Part shown: positions 1 through 10,937 of the stretch, one piece after another
How the letters are laid out: each line of letters begins with the position of its first letter
Numbering within the stretch: the stretch's first letter is position 1
Source of the DNA: Candidatus Limnocylindria bacterium
GTDB taxonomy: Bacteria; Chloroflexota; Limnocylindria; QHBO01
Assembly (NCBI GenBank): GCA_051000335.1
Contig: JBPCOK010000135.1
Location: forward strand, 1 to 53,750
Reading direction: 5' to 3'
DNA length: 53,750 bases
Made by a program: the position numbers and the translations under genes
Notes under the pieces: model-generated
Seen by the model: only the letters and a program-made list of their open reading frames with translations
The model's database searches: none
What the model was told of the DNA's origin: nothing

Positions 1-722
1 AGGATCTCGAAGCCGGACGCCCACCACGTTCGGTGCGTCCATCGGCTCTTGACGGCACCGATCCCGAACAGCACGGCCAGGGTGGCGAGCACCGACACGA
101 TGACGGCCGGCCCGCTGGCCAGGAACAGGTGAGGAAGGATCGGCGGGATGGTGCCCAGGGCGAAGGCGCCGCCCATGACCAGGGCGCCCTGAAACGGGGA
201 ACCGCCGCCTTCCTCGACCGTGAGCCCCAGCTCCTTCTCGACCATGGTCTTGAGGAGCACGTCGGGGTGCTGGGCCATGACGCGGGCGACGCCGAGGGCC
301 TGGTCGTGGGGGAGGCCGTCCTCCTCGAACATGTACGCAACCTCGGCCTCGGCCTCGCCCGGACGACGGTGCACCTCTTCGCGTTCGTCGGCGATCTGTG
401 CCTCGAAGATCTCGCGCTGGCTCTTGCTGCCGATGTACTCGCCGGCGGCCATGCTGAAGATGCCGGCCAGGCCGGATGCGATGCCTGCCACGAGGACCGC
501 GTAGCGGTCGCTCGTGGCCCCGGCGACGGTGCTCACCACGGCGAGCGTGCTGACGAGCCCGTCCTGGGCTCCGAAGATCGCCTCGCGGATCTCGCCGAGC
601 AGTCCGGCCCGGCGCCGTTCGTCGGCGAGGTGGGTGGCCAGGAAGTCGTGGTCGAACTCGGCTGCGGCCATGACGGCGCGGGAATCCTCATCGGCCATGA
701 GGTCGGCGGTCCGCTGCTCCAT
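1..722 (-). CDS. VIT1/CCC1-family Fe/Mn transporter; C-terminal end cut by the window edge; absent from the ORF track
   Basis: Hand translation of the minus strand from ATG 722 gives MEQRTADLMADEDSRAVM...LLGEIREAIFGAQDGLVSTLAVVSTVAG...SMAAGEYIGSKSQREIFEAQIADEREEV...ALVMGGAFALGTIPPILPHL...WWASGFEIL. The GAQDGLVST and AGEY..SKSQ motifs plus the hydrophobic C-terminal helices are typical of VIT (PF01988) proteins. Confidence 0.8.
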   Translation of the reverse strand, partial: MEQRTADLMADEDSRAVMAAAEFDHDFLATHLADERRRAGLLGEIREAIFGAQDGLVSTLAVVSTVAGATSDRYAVLVAGIASGLAGIFSMAAGEYIGSKSQREIFEAQIADEREEVHRRPGEAEAEVAYMFEEDGLPHDQALGVARVMAQHPDVLLKTMVEKELGLTVEEGGGSPFQGALVMGGAFALGTIPPILPHLFLASGPAVIVSVLATLAVLFGIGAVKSRWTHRTWWASGFEI

Positions 723-728
723 GGCGCG

Positions 729-734
729 ATGCTA
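729..734 (-). promoter_or_regulatory. -10-like hexamer TAGCAT 6 nt upstream of the VIT ATG
   Basis: The minus strand reads TGA(argF stop)-GCTCCGCTCCGC-TAGCAT-CGCGCC-ATG. The 24-nt gap has no Shine-Dalgarno. The 10-mer GCTAGCATCG recurs upstream of the AlkZ-like gene (36699-36708). Confidence 0.3.
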
Positions 735-746
735 GCGGAGCGGAGC

Positions 747-1727
747 TCAGTCGGTGGGATCGACGCCGGCCAGCAGCGTGAGCAGCACGGCTTCCTGTGC
801 GTACCGCCGGTTCTCTGCCTGCTCAAGCGCGACCGACCGAGGCCCATCGAGGACTGAGGCGGCGATCTCCTCGCCCCGGTGCGCCGGCATGCAGTGCATG
901 GCGACGGCATCCGGTGCGGCTCCCGACATGAGGGCGTCGGTGACCTGGAAGGCGGCGAACCGGTCGCGGCGTTCGTCCGCCTCGGCTTCGCGGCCCATGC
1001 TGGCCCACACGTCGGTGTACACCGCGTCGGCGGCAGCGACGGCAGTCTGCGCTTCGGTGACGATGATGACCCGACCGCCGCGACGCTCCGCAATCGCCGT
1101 GGCCTGCGTCACGATCGCCGGATCGGGTGCATAGGCGGCCGGCGTGGCGACCCGCATCTCCATCCCGGCGAGCGCGGCCGCGAGCAGCAGGGAATGCGCA
1201 ACGTTGTTGCCATCACCGACGTACGCGAGCCGCAGCCCGGCGAGCCTGCCGAAGTGCTGCCGCAGCGTCAGGAGGTCGGCCAGCGCCTGGCACGGGTGCT
1301 CCTCGTCGGTCAGCGCGTTGATCACCGGGACGGTCGCGGCGGCGGCCATCTCGGTCAGGGTCGCGTGGGCGAACGTGCGCAGGACGATGGCGTCGACCAG
1401 GCGCGACAGGTTGCGCGCCACGTCCGCCGCCGTCTCGCGCCGTCCGAGCCCGACCTCGTCCGGGCCGAGCGCAATGGCGTGGCCGCCGAGGGCAGTGACC
1501 GCGACCTCGAAGCTGACGCGGGTCCGGAGGCTGGGCTTCTCGAACAGGAGCGCGACCTGCGCACCCGCGAGTGGCCGGTCCGGTCGTACCTCGTGGCGCG
1601 CGAGCCTGCGTTCGTCGGCGAGATCGAGCAGCGCGTCCAGGCCGATCCGCTCGAGATCCTCGGCACTGAGCAGGTGGCGTGGGCTGGGCTCGACGTGTCC
1701 CCGCACCTCGGCGGTCGCCGTCGTCAT
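747..1727 (-). CDS. argF: ornithine carbamoyltransferase
   Basis: 326-aa ORF with OTCase signatures SLRTR, HPCQALADL and HCMPAHRGEE. The ATG at 1727 overlaps the argD stop (ATGA). Confidence 0.95.
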   Translation of the reverse strand: MTTATAEVRGHVEPSPRHLLSAEDLERIGLDALLDLADERRLARHEVRPDRPLAGAQVALLFEKPSLRTRVSFEVAVTALGGHAIALGPDEVGLGRRETAADVARNLSRLVDAIVLRTFAHATLTEMAAAATVPVINALTDEEHPCQALADLLTLRQHFGRLAGLRLAYVGDGNNVAHSLLLAAALAGMEMRVATPAAYAPDPAIVTQATAIAERRGGRVIIVTEAQTAVAAADAVYTDVWASMGREAEADERRDRFAAFQVTDALMSGAAPDAVAMHCMPAHRGEEIAASVLDGPRSVALEQAENRRYAQEAVLLTLLAGVDPTD

Positions 1728-2932
1728 GACCCCGTGGCCATGCTGTCGCGCAGGGCGGATCGCAGCCGCTCGACGGCGACCTCGACCTCGGCCGCGGAGA
1801 TCGTGAGGGGTGGCACCAGTCGGATCGTGGTGTCGCCCGTGGCGTTGACGAGCAGGCCGTGTGCCTCGCGGGCCGTGGCGACGACGGACCGCGCGATCGG
1901 CCGCGCCGTGTCGAGGCCGATCATCAGGCCGCGGCCACGGACCTCGTTCAGGACGCTGTCAGCGATGAGCGGCTCAAGCGCCGCGGCGAACTGTTGACCC
2001 CGGACCGCCGCGTTCGCCATGAGCTCGTCCGCATCGATCACCGACAGGGTCGCGAGCGCCGCGGCGCACGAAAGCGGGTTGCCGCCAAGCGTCGTGCCGT
2101 GATCGCCGACCTGGAACGCCGCGGCCTGTTCGCGTACCAGCAACGCCCCGATGGGGAGGCCACCGGCCAGCCCCTTGGCCAGCGTCACCGCGTCCGGCGT
2201 AATCGGCGTCGACTCGAACGCGAAGAACGTGCCGGTCCGTCCGATCCCGGTCTGGATCTCGTCGAGGATGAGGAGCGCGCCGACGCGGTCGCAGGCCGCG
2301 CGCGCCGCCACGAGGAACTCATCGGTGAGCGGATGGACGCCGCCCTCGCCCATGATCGGCTCGATCAGCACCGCGCAGGTCGCATCGGTCACCGCGCGAT
2401 CCAGGGCATCGGGGTCATTGGGGGCAACGTGGTGGAACCCGGCGGGCAGCGGGGCAAATGGATCCTGGTACTTGGGCTGGCCGGTGGCCGCAAGCGAGCC
2501 AAACGTTCGTCCGTGGAAGGAGCCGATCAGTGACACGACCTCGTGCGCGTCGCGCGGACCCCCATGCCGCCGTGCGAGCTTGAGCGCCGCCTCGTTGGCC
2601 TCAGTGCCCGAGTTCGTGAAGAAGACGCGGTCGAACGGGGAGCGCGCGACGAGCGCCTCCGCCAGCTCGAGCTGCGGAAGCGTGTAATACAGGTTCGAGA
2701 CTTGTACCAGGGTCGCCGCCTGGCGAGCGACGGCCTCGGTGATGGCCGGATGCGCATGGCCGATGACGTCGACCGCGATCCCGCCCACGAGGTCCAGGTA
2801 TTCGCGACCCGCGTCATCGATCACCCAGCAGCCATTGCCCGAGACGAGGGTCAGCGGCTGCCGCGCGTAGGTCTGGAGGTGGACGCGACCCTCGCGCGCC
2901 ATGACGTCGTTGGCGACCGCGAGGTCGCTCAC
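1724..2932 (-). CDS. argD: acetylornithine aminotransferase
   Basis: Class-III aminotransferase motifs are present: YLDLVGGIAVDVIGHAHP, FTNSGTEANEAALKLAR, DEIQTGIGRTG and TLAKGLAGG (PLP lysine). The first ~108 aa of the track ORF are Arg-rich read-through. I place the start at GTG 2932 (GTGA overlap with the upstream stop). ATG 2902 is an alternative. Confidence 0.9.
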   Translation of the reverse strand: MSDLAVANDVMAREGRVHLQTYARQPLTLVSGNGCWVIDDAGREYLDLVGGIAVDVIGHAHPAITEAVARQAATLVQVSNLYYTLPQLELAEALVARSPFDRVFFTNSGTEANEAALKLARRHGGPRDAHEVVSLIGSFHGRTFGSLAATGQPKYQDPFAPLPAGFHHVAPNDPDALDRAVTDATCAVLIEPIMGEGGVHPLTDEFLVAARAACDRVGALLILDEIQTGIGRTGTFFAFESTPITPDAVTLAKGLAGGLPIGALLVREQAAAFQVGDHGTTLGGNPLSCAAALATLSVIDADELMANAAVRGQQFAAALEPLIADSVLNEVRGRGLMIGLDTARPIARSVVATAREAHGLLVNATGDTTIRLVPPLTISAAEVEVAVERLRSALRDSMATGS

Positions 2933-3443
2933 AGCGTCAGTTCCATGGCGTGACCCGTTCCGCTGCGCCGCGGCCACGGCACCCGGTCGACGTGGAGGAC
3001 CGCGGGAACCCCGTCCATCGCCAGCTCGGTGAATCCGTGGCGCGCGAAGTACCCCGGATTGGCCGTGATCGCGAAGAGGCGGGTGATTCCCAGGCGGTGC
3101 GCGTCGCGGACCACGGCATGGACGAGCGACTCGCCCAGCCCGCGTCCGTGCGCCTCGGCGACGACGCTCAACGAGCGCAGCTCGCCGAGCCCCTCTCCGA
3201 AGTCGCGCAGCGCGGCGCACCCGACGACGTCGCCGTTGAGGTCGCTGACCCACCACGTATCGATGTGCTCGACGATCTCCTCGCGGGTCCGTGGCAGCAG
3301 CACGTGCTGCTCGACGTACGTCCCGATCACCTCGAGGATGGCGTCCACGTCCCGGGCGCGCGCTTGACGCACGTACGACGAGTCGGATGTCAGCGAGGTG
3401 ATCGTCCCGGCGTAGCGAAGCCCCCCTGGGTCCTCATGCTTCG

Positions 3444-3447
<4 letters not shown>
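2929..3447 (-). CDS. single-domain GNAT acetyltransferase, short N-acetylglutamate-synthase-like
   Basis: 172 aa. The GNAT core is VVGCAALRDFGEGLGELRSLSVVAEAHGRGLGESL...LFAITANPGYFARHGF (acetyl-CoA R/Q-x-x-G-x-G loop). It resembles the C-terminal NAT domain of ArgA and short NAGS proteins, and it is embedded in the arg operon with 4-nt overlaps on both sides. Confidence 0.65.
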
Positions 3448-4717
<1,270 letters not shown>

Positions 4718-4721
<4 letters not shown>

Positions 4722-5218
4722 GCCTTGCTCCCACTGGCCGCAACCGAAGCCCCCGCTCCCCGCAGGAAGATCTCGAGCCGGCCCCGGAAGCGGCGCATGG
4801 CGGCCACGTCGCCACAGGCCACGAAGATCGTGTCGTCGCCGGCGATCGTGCCGACCACGTCGGCCCACTCGGACAGATCGATCGCCGAGGCGATCGCATT
4901 CGCGCCTCCCGGCGAGGTGCGCAGCACGACGAACGGCGGGCTCTCGCCGATGGACAGCGGGAGGTCGGCCAGGAGGCGGCGCAGCCGGCTCTCGGCCGCG
5001 TCGGCGGCATCGGTCGTCATGTCATCGGGCAGCAGGTAGGTCAGGCGCCCGCCGCGGAAGCCGCGCACGACGCCGAGGCTCGCCAGGTCGCGCGAGATCG
5101 TTGCCTGGGTGACGTCGACGCCCTTCGCTCCGAGCGCCGCCACCAGCTCGGCCTGCGTGTGCACCCCGCCGGCGGCAATGTGCCGCCGCACCTGGTCCCG
5201 TCGTTCGTTGGTTCCCAT
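4718..5218 (-). CDS. argR: arginine repressor
   Basis: It has a winged-helix N-terminus (TQAELVAALGAKGVDVTQATISRDLASLG) and a C-terminal oligomerisation/arginine-binding domain (GTIAGDDTIFV). ATG 5218 is preceded by GGAGGAGCAAACC. Confidence 0.9.
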
Positions 5219-5237
5219 GGTTTGCTCCTCCAATGCG

Positions 5238-6011
5238 TCAGCCGATGCCCGCTGCACGAGCGGCGGTCACGGTCGTTCCTGTCGTTTCACCGTCCAGGGC
5301 GGCGCGCACCGCGCCCGGATCCGTCCCGTTCACGATCTGAACCAGGCAGCCGGCGCGCGCGGCGACGATGGCCGCACGCAGCTTCGGACGCATCCCACCC
5401 GACGCGGAGTCGTCCGCCAGCAGGGCCTCCGCCTCGTCGATGCCGATGGCCGCGAGCGGTTCGCTTCCGCGCATGACGGCGGGCACGTCGGTCATGAGGA
5501 TGAGCCGCCCGCCCCGCGCGGCCGCGATTGCTCCGGCGGCCTCGTCGGCATTCACGTTGAGCAGGTCGGCATTCTCGGCTCGGGCGATCGGGGCCACGAC
5601 CGGCACGCGCCCGCCCGCGATGATCTCGTCAAGCAGCGACCGGTTGACGGAGCTGACGCGGCCCACCGACCCGAGGCGTTCATCGAATCGCTCGGCGCGC
5701 ATCAGGTCGCCGTCGACGCCGCTCAGGCCGAGTGCGGAAACTCCGGCCACGGCCAGTGACGCGACGATGCGTGCGTTGACCAGTCCCCGAAGCACCGCCA
5801 CCGCGACGTCGAGCGTGGCCGCGTCGGTGACCCGGAGCCCGTCGATGGTCGTCGACGTCAGTCCGAAGCGCTCCGTCCACGCCCCGATCTCGGCGCCGCC
5901 CCCATGGACCACGACCCATCCCGGCTCGGCACGAGCCGCCAGCGCCGCCAGCGCCGTGTCTTCCCGACCCGCGGCGCCACCGAGCTTCACCGTCACCGAC
6001 GCGGTGCTCAC
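5238..6011 (-). CDS. argB: acetylglutamate kinase
   Basis: Amino-acid kinase family motifs VKLGG, VVVHGGG and LNVNADEAAGAIAAA are present. The GTG start at 6011 overlaps the argJ stop (GTGA). Confidence 0.9.
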   Translation of the reverse strand: MSTASVTVKLGGAAGREDTALAALAARAEPGWVVVHGGGAEIGAWTERFGLTSTTIDGLRVTDAATLDVAVAVLRGLVNARIVASLAVAGVSALGLSGVDGDLMRAERFDERLGSVGRVSSVNRSLLDEIIAGGRVPVVAPIARAENADLLNVNADEAAGAIAAARGGRLILMTDVPAVMRGSEPLAAIGIDEAEALLADDSASGGMRPKLRAAIVAARAGCLVQIVNGTDPGAVRAALDGETTGTTVTAARAAGIG

Positions 6012-7216
6012 GTCGTGTACTCGCTGTTGATCATCACGTAGTCGGCGGACAGGTCACAGCCCCAGGCGACCCCCGTCCCCTCGCCGGCGAGCAGGTCGAG
6101 ACCCAGGGCGACACGCGGTTCCGCGAGGACCGCGCGAGCCCGTGCCTCGTCGAACGCGACCGGGCTGCCGTCGTAGACCGGCACGTCGCCGATGCAGATC
6201 CGCATGCGGTCCGCGTCGAGCTCGACGCCGCTGCGCCCGGCCGCGGCCGCGATGCGTCCCCAGTTCGGGTCGGCGCCGTGGACGGCGGTCTTGACCAGCG
6301 ATGACGACGCCACCGTTCGGGCCACGGAGCGCGCCTCGGCGTCAGTCCGCGCGCCGTGGACCACGACCTCGATCAGATGCTGCGCGCCCTCGCCGTCAGC
6401 CGCGACGTCGATGGCCAGCGCACGGCAGACTCCGGTGAGAGCATCGGCGAAGGCGCGTCGGTCGGCACCTTCGATACTCGGCCCGCCGGCAGCCCCGTTG
6501 GCCAGCACCATGACGGCGTCGTTCGTCGACGTGTCGCCGTCCACGGTCACCTGGTTGAACGTCACGTCCACGGACGCCCGCAGGACCGACGCGAGGGCAT
6601 CCGCCTCGATCGGCGCGTCAGTCGTCACGAACGCCAGCATCGTCGCCATCTGGGGGTGGATCATCCCGGAGCCCTTGGCCATGCCGCCGATGCGAATCAC
6701 CCGCCCGTCGGACAGGGTCAGGGACGTGGCGTGCTCCTTGGGGCGAGTGTCGGTCGTCATGATCGCCCGCGCGGCATGCGAGCCGGCCTCGGGCGATCGC
6801 TCGGCCTGCAGGGTCGCCAGGCACGTCCGCATGGCGTCGACCGGGAGCCGGGAGCCGATGAGGCCGGTCGAGGCCGGCAGGACCTCGTACACGGAACATC
6901 CGATGCGGTCGGCGGCCGCCTCGATCACCGAGCGCGCGTCGTGCAGTCCGCCCTCACCCGTCCCCGCATTCGCACACCCGGCGTTCACGACGATGCCGCG
7001 AATCGAGCTTCGGCTCATGCGCAGCGCTTCCTCGGCGAGAAGCACCGGCGCTGCCCGCATCCGGTTCGTCGTGAACGTCGCCGCCGCGCTGGCCGCCCGG
7101 TCGGAGCTGATGAGCACGAGGTCCGGTGCCGAGGACTCCCGGATCCCGGCGTTGCCGACCGCGACATGGAAGCCGATGGGCGTCGTGATGCCACCCGCGA
7201 TCTCGGTCAGGGTCAC
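6008..7216 (-). CDS. argJ: bifunctional glutamate N-acetyltransferase / amino-acid acetyltransferase
   Basis: ArgJ family with the autoproteolytic site context HPQMATMLAFVTTDA. The GTG start at 7216 (VTLTEIAGGITTPIGF) overlaps the argC stop. Confidence 0.9.
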   Translation of the reverse strand: MTLTEIAGGITTPIGFHVAVGNAGIRESSAPDLVLISSDRAASAAATFTTNRMRAAPVLLAEEALRMSRSSIRGIVVNAGCANAGTGEGGLHDARSVIEAAADRIGCSVYEVLPASTGLIGSRLPVDAMRTCLATLQAERSPEAGSHAARAIMTTDTRPKEHATSLTLSDGRVIRIGGMAKGSGMIHPQMATMLAFVTTDAPIEADALASVLRASVDVTFNQVTVDGDTSTNDAVMVLANGAAGGPSIEGADRRAFADALTGVCRALAIDVAADGEGAQHLIEVVVHGARTDAEARSVARTVASSSLVKTAVHGADPNWGRIAAAAGRSGVELDADRMRICIGDVPVYDGSPVAFDEARARAVLAEPRVALGLDLLAGEGTGVAWGCDLSADYVMINSEYTT

Positions 7217-8229
7217 GGATGCACTCCCGCACCGCCGATGCCCGCGCGCTCGTCGAGGCCGAGGGCAACGTTCATGTTCTGGATCGCCTGGCCGGCGGCA
7301 CCCTTGCCGAGGTTGTCGATCGCGCACAGGACCACGGCCCGGCGCGGACCGGTGCGCCGGCCATGGACGAACGCATGGTTCGAGCCGGTCGCCATCTTCG
7401 TCGCCGGCGGCGCATCGATCGCGTGGACGAACGGCTCACCCTCGTAGGCGTTCGCGAGCACGGTGGAGATCGCCCCGTCGTCGAGATCGTCGGTCAGGCC
7501 CAGGTAGCACGTGGCGAGGAGACCGCGCGACTGCGGCACGAGGTGCGGAACGAAGGTGACCGCCACGGGATCGCCGACGGCGGCCAGCCCCTGCTCGATC
7601 TCGGGCCGATGCCGATGGCCGGACAGGCCATAGGCGCGCGTCGACTCGGTCAGCTCGGTGAACAGGTAGTCCGCGCCGGCCGCGCGACCGGCCCCGCTGA
7701 TTCCCGACTTCGCGTCCACGATCACGTCGCCGTCGATGAGCCCGGCATGGCCGAACGGCGCAAGGGCCAGCAGCGACGCCGTCGGGTAGCAGCCCGGATT
7801 GGCGATGAGGCGCGCACCCGCCAGCGTCTCGCGCGACCATTCGGTCAGACCGTACACGGCGTCGCCGAGCAGCTCGGGAGCCGGGTGTGGGGCGCCGTAC
7901 CATTCGGCGTACGCCTTGGCATCGCGAAGCCGGAAGTCGGCACCGATGTCGATCACGGTGCATCCCGTCTCCAGGAGCCGGAGGGCGACCGGCGCGGAGG
8001 CACCGTGGGGGAGCGCCAGGAACGCGACGTCCACGTCGTCCGGCTCCCCGTCGCGCAGCGTGAGGCCCAGCGGGCCGAGATGGGGTTGAACCTCTCCAAG
8101 CGCCATCCCGTCGCGGTCCCGCGCATGCACTGACGCGATGTCGACTGCCGGATGCGCGGAGAGGAGGCGAATGAGCTCGCCGCCGGCGTATCCGGACGCT
8201 CCGACCACGGCGACCCTGGGCCGGGTCAT
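7213..8229 (-). CDS. argC: N-acetyl-gamma-glutamyl-phosphate reductase
   Basis: MTRPRVAVVGASGYAGGELIRLL is a Rossmann motif, and the catalytic Cys sits in IANPGCYPT. ATG 8229 overlaps the argH stop (ATGA). The upstream ~200 aa of the track ORF are Arg-rich junk. Confidence 0.9.
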   Translation of the reverse strand: MTRPRVAVVGASGYAGGELIRLLSAHPAVDIASVHARDRDGMALGEVQPHLGPLGLTLRDGEPDDVDVAFLALPHGASAPVALRLLETGCTVIDIGADFRLRDAKAYAEWYGAPHPAPELLGDAVYGLTEWSRETLAGARLIANPGCYPTASLLALAPFGHAGLIDGDVIVDAKSGISGAGRAAGADYLFTELTESTRAYGLSGHRHRPEIEQGLAAVGDPVAVTFVPHLVPQSRGLLATCYLGLTDDLDDGAISTVLANAYEGEPFVHAIDAPPATKMATGSNHAFVHGRRTGPRRAVVLCAIDNLGKGAAGQAIQNMNVALGLDERAGIGGAGVHP

Positions 8230-9638
8230 GCCGGCCCGCCGGCGTGGAGACGATCGCGGAAGGCGGCGACGGCGGCGCGCACGCGCCGGCTGGCCGTTCC
8301 GCCATGGACGTCGGCGGCCTCGATCGCGTCCGTGACGGACGGCATCGGCTCGCCATCGAGCTCGGGAAGCGCCTCGTTCAGGACGCGGTCGGGGAGTGCG
8401 GAGAGGTCCACGCCATCGGCCTCGGCGGTGGCCACCAGCTGGCCGATCCGCTGATGCGCCGCGCGGAATGGCACCCCCCGCACCACGAGCCGATCGGCGA
8501 GCACGATGGCACGCGCGTGGCCGCCCTCGGCCGCAAGACGCATGCGATCGCGGTCGAACGTGACGCCCTCCATGACCCCGCGCATGACCTCGACGCACAG
8601 CAGGGATGACTCGACCGCATCGAACATCGCCCGACGCGTCTCCTGGAGATCGCGGTGATAGGCGAGCGGCAGGCCGCGGACGAGCGAGAGCAGCACCACG
8701 AGGTCGCCTTCGACGCGCGCCGCCCTGGCCCTCACGAGCTCGGCGCTGTCGGGGTTCCGCTTGTTCGGAAGCATGGAACTTCCACTGGAGTAGGCGTCGT
8801 CCAGGCGGGCGAACCCGACGTACGGGGTCGACCACAGCACGAGCTCGCCCGCCAGCCGCGAGAGATGGCCGAGCAGAATGGCCGTCGCCGCCACGGTTTC
8901 CACCGCGTAGTCCCGGTCCGCGACGGCGTCGACGGAGTTGTCGGTCACCCCGCGGAACCCGAGCTCGGCCGCGATCCGATCGCGATCCAGCGCGAGGCCG
9001 GATCCGGCCACGGCTCCAGAACCGGCCGGCGATCGATCCGTTCGCCGGCTCGCGTCGGCGAGGCGGTCCGCGTCACGATCGAGCATCTCGCCGTAGGCGA
9101 GGAGGTGATGGGTGAGGAGCACCGGCTGCGCCGGCTGGGTGTGGGTATGGGCCGGCACGATCGTCTCGATCTCCGCCTCCGCTCGATTCAGCAGTGTCGC
9201 CTGGAGCTCGCGGATCGCTGCGATCAGGTCGGCGACCCTGGCTCCGAGCCAGCGCCGCTCGTCGGTGACGATCTCCTCGTTCCGACTGCGCCCCGCCTGG
9301 AGCATGCCGCCGAGCTCGGGACCGATCTCGGCGATCACCGCCGCCTCGACGTTCATGTGGATGTCCTCGTGCTCCGGGTGCCACGTGAACGTGCCGACGG
9401 CCAGGGCATCCGCGATGCCGGCCAGGGCGGCGTCCAGGCGATCGGCCTCGGCCGTCTCGACCAGGCCCAGCCGCAGCAGTTCGCCGACGTGGACGCGGGT
9501 GGCCGCAACGTCGTGCTCCGCCAGCGGGAGGTCGACCTCGAGCGAGCTGGACAGGACGAGCGCCGCGTCCGCGGCCGACGACTGGAATCGACCGCCCCAC
9601 AGGGCGGCCTGGCGAGGAGGCTTCACTTGAGTATTCAT
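8226..9638 (-). CDS. argH: argininosuccinate lyase
   Basis: MNTQVKPPRQAALWGGRF is a typical N-terminus, and the fumarate-lyase signature GSSMLPNKRNP is present. I chose the start at ATG 9638. Confidence 0.9.
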   Translation of the reverse strand: MNTQVKPPRQAALWGGRFQSSAADAALVLSSSLEVDLPLAEHDVAATRVHVGELLRLGLVETAEADRLDAALAGIADALAVGTFTWHPEHEDIHMNVEAAVIAEIGPELGGMLQAGRSRNEEIVTDERRWLGARVADLIAAIRELQATLLNRAEAEIETIVPAHTHTQPAQPVLLTHHLLAYGEMLDRDADRLADASRRTDRSPAGSGAVAGSGLALDRDRIAAELGFRGVTDNSVDAVADRDYAVETVAATAILLGHLSRLAGELVLWSTPYVGFARLDDAYSSGSSMLPNKRNPDSAELVRARAARVEGDLVVLLSLVRGLPLAYHRDLQETRRAMFDAVESSLLCVEVMRGVMEGVTFDRDRMRLAAEGGHARAIVLADRLVVRGVPFRAAHQRIGQLVATAEADGVDLSALPDRVLNEALPELDGEPMPSVTDAIEAADVHGGTASRRVRAAVAAFRDRLHAGGPA

Positions 9639-9663
9639 ACACGTTGGTGCATGATCATGCAAG
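9626..9663. promoter_or_regulatory. two tandem 18-bp ARG-box-like operators (putative ArgR site)
   Basis: Box 1 (9626-9643) is ctTGAGTattcATACAcg. Box 2 (9646-9663) is ggTGCATgatcATGCAag, and its core TGCATGATCATGCA is a perfect 14-bp palindrome. The boxes are 2 bp apart, and both fit the TGAAT-N4-ATTCA type ARG-box layout. They lie between the arg operon and carA. Confidence 0.45.
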
Positions 9664-9716
9664 TGGAGCCGATGTCCGCCCGCGCGTGGCGCCCCCGGCG
9701 CGTACCGCGTATCGAC

Positions 9717-9722
9717 TAGACT
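9717..9722 (+). promoter_or_regulatory. -10-like hexamer TAGACT upstream of carA
   Basis: TAGACT lies about 50 nt upstream of the carA GTG. Unlike many neighbouring genes, this leader carries an AAGGAG Shine-Dalgarno (9761-9766). Confidence 0.3.
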
Positions 9723-9773
9723 GCACGGCGATCCTTTAAGACCGGCACCGTGATGCCGGGAAGGAGCGAACAG

Positions 9774-10937
9774 GTGCAGACCATCCTGAAGAGCGAACCG
9801 CATTCCGAGGCGCCAGCCGCAGCGACGCGGTCGGTGCCTCGTTCGGGGCATGGCCTCGTCGCCCTCGAGGGCGGACGGGTGCAGCGCGGGACGCTGCGCG
9901 GTCACATCGCCCGGGCCGAGGGAGACCTCATCTTCACCACGGCCGCGACCGGATGGGGCGAGATCCTGACCGATCCGTCGTACGCCGGCCAGATCGTCGT
10001 GCTCACGCATCCGATGGCCGGGAACTATCGGATCGCCTCCGCGGAGCTCGAATCCTCGCGCGTCCATGCGCGGGCTCTCGTCTGCAGCCGACTGGTGACG
10101 CCCCCCGAAGGGCCGGGTGAGTCACTCGAGGACCTGGCCCTCGCTGCGGGCATCCCGATCCTCACCGGAATCGACACGCGGGCCCTCACCCTCGAGCTAC
10201 GGAGGGGGACGGCTCGACGCGCCGTCGTGCGCGATGCCGATGCCTCCGACACCGAGGCCGTCAGCGAGGCGCAGGCGACCCGCGCGTGGGAGACCATCGA
10301 CCACGTCACGAGCGTCGGCACGGCCGATCCCTATCGGATCGCACCGAGGGGCTCACGAAGCGCTCGCGCGACCCTCGTCGACTACGGCGTGAAGCGGTCG
10401 CTGCTGGCGGCGCTGGCGGACCGCGGCCTCGAGGTCAGCGTGCTTCCGCCGGACGCCTCCGCCGAGGACGTCGACGCCACGCATCCCGATCTCATCGTCC
10501 TCTCGCCAGGTCCCGGCGACCCGTCCAGCATGACCGCCGCCATCGCGACGGCCCGCGAGCTGGCCCATCGGGCGGCCGCCGGCGGTGCCCCGATTCTCGG
10601 CATCTGCCTCGGTCACCAGCTGCTCGCCCTGGCGGCAGGCGCCGAGACGCGGCGGCTGGCCGTCGGGCATCACGGCGGGAACCACGCGGTCCTGGATACC
10701 GCCACCGACCGCGTGGACATCGGTGCCCACAACCACGAGATCGCCGTGATCGACGGCCCCGCGCTGGGTGCCGCCGGGTACGCGATCGCCCATCGTGACC
10801 TCAACGACGGCACGGTGGAGGGGCTCGCTCACGTCACGGGTCGGATCGCCTCGGTCCAGTTCCATCCCGAGGGCGCACCCGGACCAATCGACGCGTCCCG
10901 CATCTTCGACCTCGCCGTGGAACGCGCCCGGTCGTGA
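9774..10937 (+). CDS. carA: carbamoyl-phosphate synthase small (glutaminase) subunit
   Basis: TGWGEILTDPSYAGQIVVLTHPMAGNY matches the CarA N-domain. The triad motifs GICLGHQ and VQFHPE are present. GTG 9774 lies 7 nt after AAGGAG, and the track start at 9750 is probably too early. Confidence 0.9.
   Translation: MQTILKSEPHSEAPAAATRSVPRSGHGLVALEGGRVQRGTLRGHIARAEGDLIFTTAATGWGEILTDPSYAGQIVVLTHPMAGNYRIASAELESSRVHARALVCSRLVTPPEGPGESLEDLALAAGIPILTGIDTRALTLELRRGTARRAVVRDADASDTEAVSEAQATRAWETIDHVTSVGTADPYRIAPRGSRSARATLVDYGVKRSLLAALADRGLEVSVLPPDASAEDVDATHPDLIVLSPGPGDPSSMTAAIATARELAHRAAAGGAPILGICLGHQLLALAAGAETRRLAVGHHGGNHAVLDTATDRVDIGAHNHEIAVIDGPALGAAGYAIAHRDLNDGTVEGLAHVTGRIASVQFHPEGAPGPIDASRIFDLAVERARS

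Noticed and set aside
7213-8835. Very long N-terminal extensions on the track ORFs for argC (540 aa), argH (613 aa), argD (510 aa), argJ, argG, amt, pth and the 4-TM gene (578 aa).
   Set aside because: The extensions are Arg-rich and overlap the upstream gene in another frame. Conserved N-termini, RBS positions and 4-nt overlap starts identify the shorter genes reported above.
9750-9773. carA start at GTG 9750 or ATG 9753, as in the ORF track.
   Set aside because: The AAGGAG at 9761-9766 would then lie inside the gene. GTG 9774 has proper RBS spacing and still precedes the conserved CarA N-terminal region. The choice remains uncertain by 8 codons.
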